DNA of 64,000 nucleotides from Rubripirellula sp. (lineage in GTDB: Bacteria > Planctomycetota > Planctomycetia > Pirellulales > Pirellulaceae), in the NCBI GenBank assembly GCA_965216875.1, contig OZ244207.1:1472001-1536000 (forward strand), given 5' to 3'. This document shows, one piece after another, positions 55,215 through 64,000 of this stretch. The notes under the pieces are model-generated. The model searched no databases and was not told the DNA's origin. It saw nothing but the letters and a program-made list of their open reading frames with translations. The stretch's first letter is position 1, and each line of letters begins with the position of its first letter. Made by a program: the position numbers and the translations under genes.

Positions 55215-58200
55215 ATGAAAAGCCAACCTACGAGTGCGCGGGCACGAAACGCATCGATCGGATGTGTTTCACTTGTACTCTCAATGCTTTTCGCCGTGCC
55301 CTCGCGCGGCGATCAGAACGAAGACTTATTCGAAATCCATGTTCGTCCTGTTTTTGTCTCCAAATGCATTCGATGCCATGGACCAGAGAAAGCGGAGAGT
55401 GGACTCGACCTGACAACCCTCGACGGACTGCTTGAAGGGGGCGATTCGGGGGCCGCGATCGAACGCGGCCAGCCCGAAGCGAGCTTGCTGATCGAAGCAC
55501 TTCGGTACGAGTCCTTCGAAATGCCTCCCGATGGGGAGCTCGAGAAGAAGACGATTGCTGGGATCGCAAAATGGATCGAGGGTGGCGCGACCTGGCCACA
55601 GGGAACCGTCCTAAAGGCTGGGCCGAAGATCAGCGAAGAAGATCGCCAGTGGTGGTGTTACCAGCCGATTCAAGATCCGATTCTTCCCGCTGTTTCGACA
55701 ACCGATTGGCCACGCGGCGGCATCGATCACTTCATCTTCGCGAAACTCGCGGAGAATGAAATCGCTCCGGCGGACCAGGCCGACATGTTGGCATTGGTGC
55801 GACGCGTTCATTTTGCGGTCACCGGTCTGCCGCCGTCGAATGAGGTTTGTGACGAGGCGCGGAAGCCAGGCTTCGACTACGAGGCCTTTGTGGATCGCTT
55901 GCTTGGTAGTGAGAGCTACGGAGAAAACCAAGCTCGCTATTGGCTTGATCTGGTGCGCTACGCCGAATCCGATGGGTATCGGGCCGACCATGCTCGCCCC
56001 GAGGCGTATCGCTACCGCGACTATGTGATCAAGGCGTTCAACGACGACAAGCCTTACGATCAATTCATTCGCGAACAGATTGCCGGGGATGAAATTGCGC
56101 CCGGCAACCGCGAGGCGCTCACTGCAACGATGTACTTGCGTCACTGGATCTACGAACACAATCAGCGTGACGTCGAAACTCAGTGGCACGAAATCTTGAG
56201 CGACATCACGGAAACCACCGGTGATGTCTTCTTGGCCCAGGGACTCAAGTGTGCACGCTGCCACGACCACAAGTTCGATCCGATCTTGCAAAAGGACTAT
56301 TTTCGCATCAAGGCGTTTTTTGCTGCGTTTCAACCGGACGAGGCGCATCCTGTTGCGGACGTCGAAACGTTAGCCAAATACCACGCCGAATACAAAGTTT
56401 GGGAAGAGGCGACCGAGTCGACTCGGAAAGAGCTTCGTGAACTCGAACAGCCAGTCCTGCTTGAACATGCGACCCGCGAAGGTTTTGCCAAGTTCATTCC
56501 GAAGATCAAAGAGATGATTCGGGCCAGGCCGGTCGATCGCTCTCCCTATGAACATCAAATCGCTTCCCTTGCGTCGCGGCAGTTCGATCTGCCGCATGAC
56601 AAGATCGAAGAATGGCTAAGCGACGAGCAGAAAGAAAAACGGAAACGGTTGCGCGAGAAGCTGGCAGAGCTTGATTCGCTCAAGCCCGAGCCGCTGCCAA
56701 CGATGAAGTTTGTCGCCAGCGACATTGGGCCAATTGCGCCCGCGACCTTTATCCCAGACGACGAAACCAAAACGGAGATTTCACCGGGCTACCTCACGCT
56801 GCTGGACCCTCGCGATGCGGAGATCGTTGACGTTCCCGCCGCGCTTCGGTCGACCGGACGACGCACGACACTTGCGAATTGGATTGCCAGTGACGCGAAT
56901 CCCCTGACCGCTCGAGTGATCGTCAACCGAATCTGGCAACAACACTTTGGCGTGGGACTCGTCGACACCTCGAGTGACTTTGGCCATCTTGGCACTCCCC
57001 CAAGCCACCCGCAGTTGTTGGACTGGCTTGCGACGCGTTTCATGAAGGATGGCTGGAGTTTGAAAAAGCTCCATCGGCGCATTCTGTTGTCAGCAACGTA
57101 TCGGCAAACGTCGCATCGTCTCGCTGACGAGAACCTTGCAAAGCTTGATCCGGCCAATCGCTTGCTGTGGAAGATGAACCCGCGACGGCTTTCAGGTGAA
57201 GAAATCCATGACGCTATCGTGTCGGCAAGTGGGGAAACCAAGAAACTCAAACGCGCGATCTACAAGCCTGTTAGGCGAAACAGTCGTGATCCGTTGCTCG
57301 CTGCCTTTGACGGTTCGGATCGCATTCGCAGCACGGGTAAGCGGCATCGGACGACGACTTCGACCCAAGCATTGCTGCTAGCCAACGGTTCTTGGGCGCA
57401 CGAAAGGGCCGAAGCGATTCGCAAACGTTTCGGACCGTCGGCCACCGACAACGGCGTGTTTGTTCGAAATGCGTACCGCGCAATGTTCGGGCGTCAGCCG
57501 TCCACAGAGGAAGTCGCTTTGGCCAACGAGTTTGTATCGCAATATGAACAAGCGACTCCACAACCCAAGCCAGCGAAAGATTCCTTACTTGTGCAAATGC
57601 CGGGGACAAAGGGGAACTCCATCGATTTGGATCCGAAGCGTCCGACGTCAGTAAAGATTCCCGCGGCCGACACGTTGCCTGATGGAGACTTTACGGTTGA
57701 GGCTGTTGTGTTGCTTCGATCGCTGTACCCTGACGCTACGGTGCGCACCATCGTTTCGCATTGGGATGGCGACCGAAAGCACACGGGTTGGGCCTTCGGT
57801 GTGACGTCGACCAAGAGTGCATTCAAGCCACGCAATCTGATTTTTCAGTTTGTGGGGCGAAAGAAGAAGGGTGATGCGCTTCAATACGAAGTGGTGCCGT
57901 CAAATCTACGTCCCGAACTCAATAAGCCGTACTACCTGGCCGCACGCGTCAAACTTGATGATCCTTCCACTGCGGGTGTCACCTTCTACATGAAGGACCT
58001 ATCGGACAAAAAGGCAAAACTGCAAACAGCGTCTGCGAAGCATAGCGTCGTGCGAGACATCCGTCCGTCAAATGAACTGATGGTTGGCGGACGCAAAGGC
58101 AAACATCTCTGGGATGGGCTGATTGACTCGGTCCGCATCGAGGCGGCGGCGCGCGACTTGGAAGTACCTGTCACTCAATCGCCTGAGCCGGCGGAATACG

Positions 58201-58373
58201 TAGTCGATCTGCAATTTGATTCGAAAGAGCAACTTGGCCAGGACGCTTCGACCTACGGCAACCATGCGGAAATCTCGTTCAAGACCAATCCGGTGATCAC
58301 GCCACGCGAACGGGCGCAAACGGCATTGGTCCATGCACTGCTAAATTCAAACGAATTGATCTATGTCGACTAG
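55215..58373 (+). CDS. Planctomycete cytochrome c / DUF1549 / DUF1553 (PSD1) protein with LamG insertion
   Basis: KCIRCHG, WLDLVRYAES, CARCHDHKFDP, ARVIVNRIWQQHFG, PSHPQLLDWLA, a LamG-like segment, and terminal LLNSNELIYVD. Confidence 0.92.
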   Translation: MKSQPTSARARNASIGCVSLVLSMLFAVPSRGDQNEDLFEIHVRPVFVSKCIRCHGPEKAESGLDLTTLDGLLEGGDSGAAIERGQPEASLLIEALRYESFEMPPDGELEKKTIAGIAKWIEGGATWPQGTVLKAGPKISEEDRQWWCYQPIQDPILPAVSTTDWPRGGIDHFIFAKLAENEIAPADQADMLALVRRVHFAVTGLPPSNEVCDEARKPGFDYEAFVDRLLGSESYGENQARYWLDLVRYAESDGYRADHARPEAYRYRDYVIKAFNDDKPYDQFIREQIAGDEIAPGNREALTATMYLRHWIYEHNQRDVETQWHEILSDITETTGDVFLAQGLKCARCHDHKFDPILQKDYFRIKAFFAAFQPDEAHPVADVETLAKYHAEYKVWEEATESTRKELRELEQPVLLEHATREGFAKFIPKIKEMIRARPVDRSPYEHQIASLASRQFDLPHDKIEEWLSDEQKEKRKRLREKLAELDSLKPEPLPTMKFVASDIGPIAPATFIPDDETKTEISPGYLTLLDPRDAEIVDVPAALRSTGRRTTLANWIASDANPLTARVIVNRIWQQHFGVGLVDTSSDFGHLGTPPSHPQLLDWLATRFMKDGWSLKKLHRRILLSATYRQTSHRLADENLAKLDPANRLLWKMNPRRLSGEEIHDAIVSASGETKKLKRAIYKPVRRNSRDPLLAAFDGSDRIRSTGKRHRTTTSTQALLLANGSWAHERAEAIRKRFGPSATDNGVFVRNAYRAMFGRQPSTEEVALANEFVSQYEQATPQPKPAKDSLLVQMPGTKGNSIDLDPKRPTSVKIPAADTLPDGDFTVEAVVLLRSLYPDATVRTIVSHWDGDRKHTGWAFGVTSTKSAFKPRNLIFQFVGRKKKGDALQYEVVPSNLRPELNKPYYLAARVKLDDPSTAGVTFYMKDLSDKKAKLQTASAKHSVVRDIRPSNELMVGGRKGKHLWDGLIDSVRIEAAARDLEVPVTQSPEPAEYVVDLQFDSKEQLGQDASTYGNHAEISFKTNPVITPRERAQTALVHALLNSNELIYVD

Positions 58374-59796
58374 CCGCAAGCGAAATACCAATCGATCGCT
58401 TCTTTCGCGCCGTGCCATGCTCGCCCAAACCGGCACCGGTTTCGGCGCGCTCGCACTGGCTGGAATGGCTGGTCGTAAGAGTGTGGCTTCCACCCCCGCT
58501 CCGTCTCCCTTGGCATCCAAACTGACGCATCACCCGGCGTCGGCAAAAAGCGTGATCTTCCTGTTTATGGAAGGCGGGCCAAGCCATGTGGATACGTTCG
58601 ACCCCAAGCCCGAGCTGCAAAAACTCGCTGGTAAACCGCTCCCGGACAGTTTCGGACGGGTGATCACCGCGATGGGCGAATTCGATTCGCCCGTGCTCGA
58701 ATCGAAACGGAAATGGAAACAGCATGGCGAAAGCGGGCTTTGGATTTCTGATTGGTTGCCACACATGGCAACGAGGGCAGACGATCTTGCTGTCGTCCGT
58801 TCCTGTTGGACCAACGGGATCAATCATTCCGGCGGTGTCTGCCAAATGAACACCGGCAGCCAGTTTGCTGGGCGACCATCGCTTGGAAGCTGGGTCACGT
58901 ACGGTCTAGGAACCGAAAACGAGAATCTGCCCGCATTCGTTGTGATGCAAGACAAGGGAACGGTCGTCAACGGTCCGCGCAATTGGAGCACCGGGTTCAT
59001 GCCCGCGGTCTACCAAGGGACGGCGATGGCAGCCGAGGGGATGCCGTTTGCAAATTTGCAAGGTCCCAAGTTCGTGCGTGACGAACAACAAAGGATGTCG
59101 CTCGATTACCTTGCGCAAATCAACCAGCGGCACTTTGAAACGCGAAGCGACAACAACGAGCTTGAAGCGCGGATCCGCAGTTACGAACTTGCCTACCAGA
59201 TGCAGAGTCACGCTCCCGACGCGGTCGACCTATCGCAAGAATCTGCTGAGACTAAGTCGCTTTACGGGCTCGATGAAAAAGAAACGGCCGTGATGGGACG
59301 CAACTGTTTGCTTGCCCGCCGAATGGTCGAACGCGGGGTTCGCTTCGTTCAGGTCTATCATGGGGCAGGAAGCAAATGGGACGCACACAGCAAGATCGAG
59401 TCGAACCACACGAAGATGTGCCGCGAAATGGACAAGCCCGTCGCCGGTCTGTTAACTGACTTGGCACGACGAGGTCTGCTCGATGAGACGTTGGTGGTGT
59501 GGGGCGGCGAATTCGGCCGCACGCCAATGAGCGAAAAAGGGGATGGCCGAGATCACAATCCAACGGGGTTCACGATGGTGATGGCTGGCGGAGGCGTCCG
59601 AGCTGGCCAAGCTTACGGTTCAACCGACGAAGTGGGGCTGCACGCGGTCGAGGATCGAATCCACGTCCACGACTTTCATTCGACCATTCTGCACTTGATG
59701 GGACTCGACCATCGTGAACTGATCTACCTACACAAAGGTCGCCCCGAGAGAATCGATATGAATGAAGGGCACGTCTACAAGGACGTCATCAGCTAG
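58363..59796 (+). CDS. DUF1501 domain protein (Tat signal)
   Basis: SRRAML, AKSVIFLFMEGGPSHVDTFDPKP, WGGEFGRTP, GRDHNP. Confidence 0.95.
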   Translation: MSTSRKRNTNRSLLSRRAMLAQTGTGFGALALAGMAGRKSVASTPAPSPLASKLTHHPASAKSVIFLFMEGGPSHVDTFDPKPELQKLAGKPLPDSFGRVITAMGEFDSPVLESKRKWKQHGESGLWISDWLPHMATRADDLAVVRSCWTNGINHSGGVCQMNTGSQFAGRPSLGSWVTYGLGTENENLPAFVVMQDKGTVVNGPRNWSTGFMPAVYQGTAMAAEGMPFANLQGPKFVRDEQQRMSLDYLAQINQRHFETRSDNNELEARIRSYELAYQMQSHAPDAVDLSQESAETKSLYGLDEKETAVMGRNCLLARRMVERGVRFVQVYHGAGSKWDAHSKIESNHTKMCREMDKPVAGLLTDLARRGLLDETLVVWGGEFGRTPMSEKGDGRDHNPTGFTMVMAGGGVRAGQAYGSTDEVGLHAVEDRIHVHDFHSTILHLMGLDHRELIYLHKGRPERIDMNEGHVYKDVIS

Positions 59797-59888
59797 AACG
59801 CGTTAGCGTCATCCCAGCAAGCACCCTCCCGGGTGCGGGGAGGGGTGGCGCTAAGTCCGGAGGCTACTTTCGCGGAGCGAAAGGCGAC
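59796..59888. repeat. Composite of three REP fragments
   Basis: Segments match 15154-15168, about 864-910 (inverted) and 34288-34313. Confidence 0.65.
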
Positions 59889-59913
59889 ATTCAACCGCGA
59901 AGATTGCTCCGCT

Positions 59914-61725
59914 TCACTGGGTGACTGGGAGCTTGTAGCAGACGGCTTCTTGCGAGTTCCTCAGGTAGAGGCGATCTCCAACGACCACTGGGTGGCTCCA
60001 CGATTTGCCGTCGATCGCCTTGAACTTACCGAGCTCGACGTGTTCGTTGCGATCTGCTTTTAGCAACACCAAGTCTCCCTTTTCCGCTGCAACGAGAAGC
60101 AACTTGCTTGCTTCGAGCAAAAGGACTTGCCCTTTGCCATAACGGCCTCGCTTCCATTTGGCGTCGCCCGATTCAAGTTCAATGCACGTGAAGATCGTGC
60201 CGTCGAAACCGAACAGGTGCTGATCGTAGACAACATAATCGTTGAAGTCGGATTTGAGGCGTCGTGATGTCCAAACTTCGTCCGCTTGCCAAACACCTTC
60301 GTCGTCAATCGAAACTTCGATCAAGCGTGTCCCCATTCCCATGCCGGTGGGAATGACGATTTGCTTGTTGTTGACAATCTGTGGTTGAAGCGAGCGGTAG
60401 CCGCTGAAGGGCCACTCATAGCTCAGCAGCATTGTGCCTTCGCTTGGGTCGATGATGTCGATGCCTTGATTGGTCAACATCATCGCGACAACCACACCAT
60501 TGAGCACACCGGGTTGAACGGAACTATACGAGTCTTTTCCAGCAGGGAGCGACCACTGCAGTTCGCCAGACCTTGCGTCGAAGGCGAGCGTTCCCTTGTC
60601 GCCTTTTCCGCCTGCCCAAACCAACACCTTGCCATCGACCACCAAAGGCGATGATGAAAAGCCCCAAACTGGGACATCGCGATCGGCGACTTCTCGAAGA
60701 TCTTGCGACCAAATCTCCTGACCGGTTTGAAGGTCGAGCCGCGCAAGTTGCCCCTTGGCACCGAGCACAAACAATCCGTTGTCGGCGATTGTTGGCGTTG
60801 CACGTGGACCTGGGCCGCCAAGTGGGTCGTCAAAGCGAGTTTCGTTCACCCGCGTCCAAAGCTCTTCGCCAGAGTCAGCGAGATAACAAACAACCGTTTC
60901 AAGTTCACCACGTTGCTCGAGTGTGAACAGCAAGTTGCCTGAGACGGCAAAGGAGGACCAGCCGGGGCCAACGGGGATTTTCCATACGAGTTCGGGAGGT
61001 GTTGGATCCCAGGTGGACGCAATGACTGAGTCGCCGTTGCGCCCTTTCATGGCGGGGCCTCGGAACTGCGGCCATTCTGGGGACGCGAGCCATTCGTTTA
61101 GTTGCTCACTTGTTGCCGAGGCTTGTGTTGCTGTGCCGTCCGCCTTTGCTGCGAGCATCACGTCCTCGGGCGATGGCGCGAAACGCCAATGAAGGCCGAG
61201 TGCAAAGTTGCCCCAGAATCCATCCGACCGAAAGAGGATTGAGACGGAGAATCCAAGCAGGGCGGCAAGTGACAAGAGCCAGGTTCGTCGCGCCGAAAGC
61301 GTGCGCGAGAAGACAGCTGCCATCACCGCCATCGCTGCGAATCCCATCGGAATGGTCATCACCATCGTGCCGGGCCCCCGCATGGTTGGATGCAGACAAG
61401 CGACGACCGCGATCAATCCCGCAAACACGACCACCGCGCCCAGCAGTCGCTCACGCCATGTTGCACGACTAAAGGCAAGCCACCAGATCAAGATCAAGAC
61501 CGAGCAGAGGAGCGGGCCGAATGCGGAGGACATCCAAAGGTAGGCCGGTCCATCTTCAATCAGCGATGGCAACGCTCGAAGAATCATCATGCCGACGACG
61601 AGCAGCAGGGCGGGCCATACTCGCAGGGGGCGGAATGAACTGGGGGCCGCTTCGTCGGCGGGATTCTTCGCCTCCTGGTCCGAATCGAGCTCGGTTTGCT
61701 CGCCGCCGTGTTCTTGATCGCTCAT
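59914..61725 (-). CDS. Membrane-anchored PQQ-like (BamB-like) beta-propeller protein
   Basis: N-terminal TM helices, WPQFRG, GPGWSSFAV, GPRATPTI, SHPVVVGDRLYLRN. Confidence 0.9.
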   Translation of the reverse strand: MSDQEHGGEQTELDSDQEAKNPADEAAPSSFRPLRVWPALLLVVGMMILRALPSLIEDGPAYLWMSSAFGPLLCSVLILIWWLAFSRATWRERLLGAVVVFAGLIAVVACLHPTMRGPGTMVMTIPMGFAAMAVMAAVFSRTLSARRTWLLSLAALLGFSVSILFRSDGFWGNFALGLHWRFAPSPEDVMLAAKADGTATQASATSEQLNEWLASPEWPQFRGPAMKGRNGDSVIASTWDPTPPELVWKIPVGPGWSSFAVSGNLLFTLEQRGELETVVCYLADSGEELWTRVNETRFDDPLGGPGPRATPTIADNGLFVLGAKGQLARLDLQTGQEIWSQDLREVADRDVPVWGFSSSPLVVDGKVLVWAGGKGDKGTLAFDARSGELQWSLPAGKDSYSSVQPGVLNGVVVAMMLTNQGIDIIDPSEGTMLLSYEWPFSGYRSLQPQIVNNKQIVIPTGMGMGTRLIEVSIDDEGVWQADEVWTSRRLKSDFNDYVVYDQHLFGFDGTIFTCIELESGDAKWKRGRYGKGQVLLLEASKLLLVAAEKGDLVLLKADRNEHVELGKFKAIDGKSWSHPVVVGDRLYLRNSQEAVCYKLPVTQ

Positions 61726-62092
61726 CGCTTTCGCTACCTCCTGATCCGCCAGAAATACCGCGTGAAGTTTCTTTGAACGACAGGTGTTGTCGCTTTTTGT
61801 GCGTGCGGGGGTCGCACATAGGTCCGCGGCGCGGCACTGTGATCAGGGCCGATCGCAGGTTTTCTTCGCTCCGCACGACCGTCATGATCGCTTCTTAGGG
61901 GGGCGAATTGACGACCTAAAGGTTGCATCCTAGGCAACTGGAAGCACGTTTTTCAAGTAGCACGACCGAGCACTTGCAGCCGAATTGCAACCGCGTACGA
62001 TTTGTGGTTGCAGCTTCACCGAAATTTCATTCTTTCCCGCGGGCGACCTTTCCCGCGGCGGTCCCAACCCATAGCGTTGGGCCTCGCACTTC

Positions 62093-63007
62093 ATGTACCT
62101 CACTCTGCTTGTTGTCTACTGCGTTCTGATCGTTGCCGGCTCGGTAGCCGGTGGTTGGTTGCCTGCGCTGGTCCGAATGACCCACCTACGCACGCAGTTG
62201 TTGATGAGCTTCGTGGCGGGGTTGATGCTCGGGATCGCGCTGCTGCACATGTTGCCCCACGCGTCTCACACGATGACGTCACAAGCTGCGACCGGCGGGG
62301 CCGTCTTGTTCGGCATCATTGCGATGTTCCTTTTGATGCGTGCCTTCCACACCCACGCTCACGGTGACATCGACGATCACCATCACCATCATGGCGACGA
62401 TCATCACGATCACGACGATCAGCACGGTCACGAACAGGGTGAACATGATCATGAACATCATCACGATCATGACCATTCCAAGGGGCTCGGTTGGGTTGGC
62501 ATGCTTTTGGGGTTGGGTTTGCACACATTGATGGACGGCGTAGCGCTCGCTGCAAGTGTTGCCGCCGATGCCAATCATTCGCCCTGGCTTGGGCTCGCTG
62601 GGTTCGGAACCTTCCTGGCGGTCGTGCTGCACAAACCGCTCGACGCTTTTGCGATCACTTCGGTGATGAAAAAGGACGGTTGGACGCCGGCTCAGCAAAC
62701 CTTGGTGAACCTGACCTTTTCGTTCGCCTGTCCGGTGGGTGCACTCCTTTTTTACTTCGGCGCGACTCACTTTGCCGACGACGGCCAAGTGCTGGGCCTC
62801 GGGCTCGCGGTGTCGGCCGGTTTCTTCATCTGCATTGCGCTCGCCGACCTGCTTCCCGAAGTCGCGTTCCATGATCACGATCGAATGAAATTAACCACGG
62901 CGCTGCTTGTTGGCGTCGGCCTTGCCGTGGTGATCGAGAACCTGCCGGGGCACCAGCACGCCACCCCAGTGGCGCCTCCGACCGAACAGGTTGAACCACC
63001 GGTTTGA
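62093..63007 (+). CDS. ZIP family divalent metal transporter
   Basis: About 8 TM helices, His/Asp-rich loop, LHTLMDG, LHKPLD, ADLLPE. Confidence 0.92.
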   Translation: MYLTLLVVYCVLIVAGSVAGGWLPALVRMTHLRTQLLMSFVAGLMLGIALLHMLPHASHTMTSQAATGGAVLFGIIAMFLLMRAFHTHAHGDIDDHHHHHGDDHHDHDDQHGHEQGEHDHEHHHDHDHSKGLGWVGMLLGLGLHTLMDGVALAASVAADANHSPWLGLAGFGTFLAVVLHKPLDAFAITSVMKKDGWTPAQQTLVNLTFSFACPVGALLFYFGATHFADDGQVLGLGLAVSAGFFICIALADLLPEVAFHDHDRMKLTTALLVGVGLAVVIENLPGHQHATPVAPPTEQVEPPV

Positions 63008-63197
63008 TCGATTGGCCCAGCGTGAACGGGCAGGTCGCGTTGGGTGAAAACAGGCGGACCGGAGAGGCGAAATCGGTTTGTTGACCGAGAGCGTTGCGTC
63101 AACGAAAATGTGCCTCCCCCGTTGCCTCCCTATGATCGAGGCATCCCCCAGCCACCTCTTGGTCATGATTCTGGCCAACTCTTTGAAAGGAAAGACC

Positions 63198-64000
63198 TTG
63201 ATCTTCTTTCGACGCCACCACACCACCACAAAACCTCTTGCGCTCATCGCAGTAGCATTCCTCGCTGCGATTTGCCTGGCTCAGCGCCCGGTCCAAGCAA
63301 ACACGGACCGCCCCAACATCCTGTGGATCACGAGCGAGGACAACAGCGTCAACTGGGTCAGCTGTTACGGAGGCACGAATGCCCAGACACCTGCGATCGA
63401 CCAATTGGCCAAGGAAGGTTTTCGCTATACCCACTGTTTCGACAACGCGGCTGTTTGCGCACCGACGCGATCGTGCTGGATCACCGGGATGTTCGCGATC
63501 TCGAACGGTACCCAACCGATGCGGAGCCGAAACCTGATCCCACATGACCGGATCAAGTACTATCCCGACCTGTTACGTGCGGCCGGTTATCACACATCGA
63601 ATCCGAGCAAGACCGACTACAACATCGGAGGGCGCGAGGACAAAGCTTGTTGGGACTACGCGGGTAAGAAACCGAAAACCCAATACGGTTGGCGTTTGCG
63701 AAAAGAAGGACAGCCGTTTTTTGCGATCGTCAATATCACGGAAAGTCACGAAAGTCGCGCTCATGGCGACGTCGAAAATCCCGGCAAAGACCCGGCCAAG
63801 ATGACGCTCGCATCGTATCACCCCGATCTGCCCGCGATTCGGAAGAACTACGCCAAGTACGCGACCGCCGTCGAGCGAATGGATCGAAGGGTCCAAGATG
63901 CGATCGATGCGCTCAAGGCCGACGGACTGTATGACGACACGATCATCATCTACAACTCGGACCATGGTGGGGTCATGGCGCGAAGCAAACGATTTGTTTA
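63198..64000 (+). CDS. Sulfatase (3' end outside window)
   Basis: Hand translation: signal peptide, RPNILWITSEDN, VCAPTRSCWITG, KTDYN, SDHGG. TTG start after GAAAGGA is inferred; in-frame ATGs exist at 63132 and 63165. Confidence 0.88.
   Translation, partial: MIFFRRHHTTTKPLALIAVAFLAAICLAQRPVQANTDRPNILWITSEDNSVNWVSCYGGTNAQTPAIDQLAKEGFRYTHCFDNAAVCAPTRSCWITGMFAISNGTQPMRSRNLIPHDRIKYYPDLLRAAGYHTSNPSKTDYNIGGREDKACWDYAGKKPKTQYGWRLRKEGQPFFAIVNITESHESRAHGDVENPGKDPAKMTLASYHPDLPAIRKNYAKYATAVERMDRRVQDAIDALKADGLYDDTIIIYNSDHGGVMARSKRFV

Noticed and set aside
62350..62480. His-rich repeat as a separate element
   Set aside because: It is the ordinary cytoplasmic metal-binding loop of ZIP transporters.

Overview
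Gene-dense 64 kb window from a planctomycete, most likely Pirellulaceae, judged from DUF1559 prepilin-type, PSD1/DUF1501, SHD1, ECF/FecR pairs, four sulfatases and several GTAG-type REP palindromes. I found no rRNA, tRNA, CRISPR array, integrase or transposase. Two loci stand out. (1) A tightly packed four-gene minus-strand operon (2590-9714) encodes a highly divergent D-2-hydroxyacid-dehydrogenase/CtBP-like NAD-binding protein, a tandem ribbon-helix-helix-like protein, a 1374-aa double-KaiC ATPase fused to an apparently cytoplasmic solute-binding-protein-like domain, and a COG1058/CinA-N pyrophosphatase. The KaiC gene is bracketed exactly by a 16/17-nt direct repeat. This may be an undescribed nucleotide- or redox-sensing system. 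(2) An eight-gene operon (39822-47522) joins a BLUF photoreceptor and an H-NOX to two histidine kinases and to HDOD, degenerate HD-GYP and intact HD-GYP response regulators. All assignments come from motif recognition by eye; no database searches were run.
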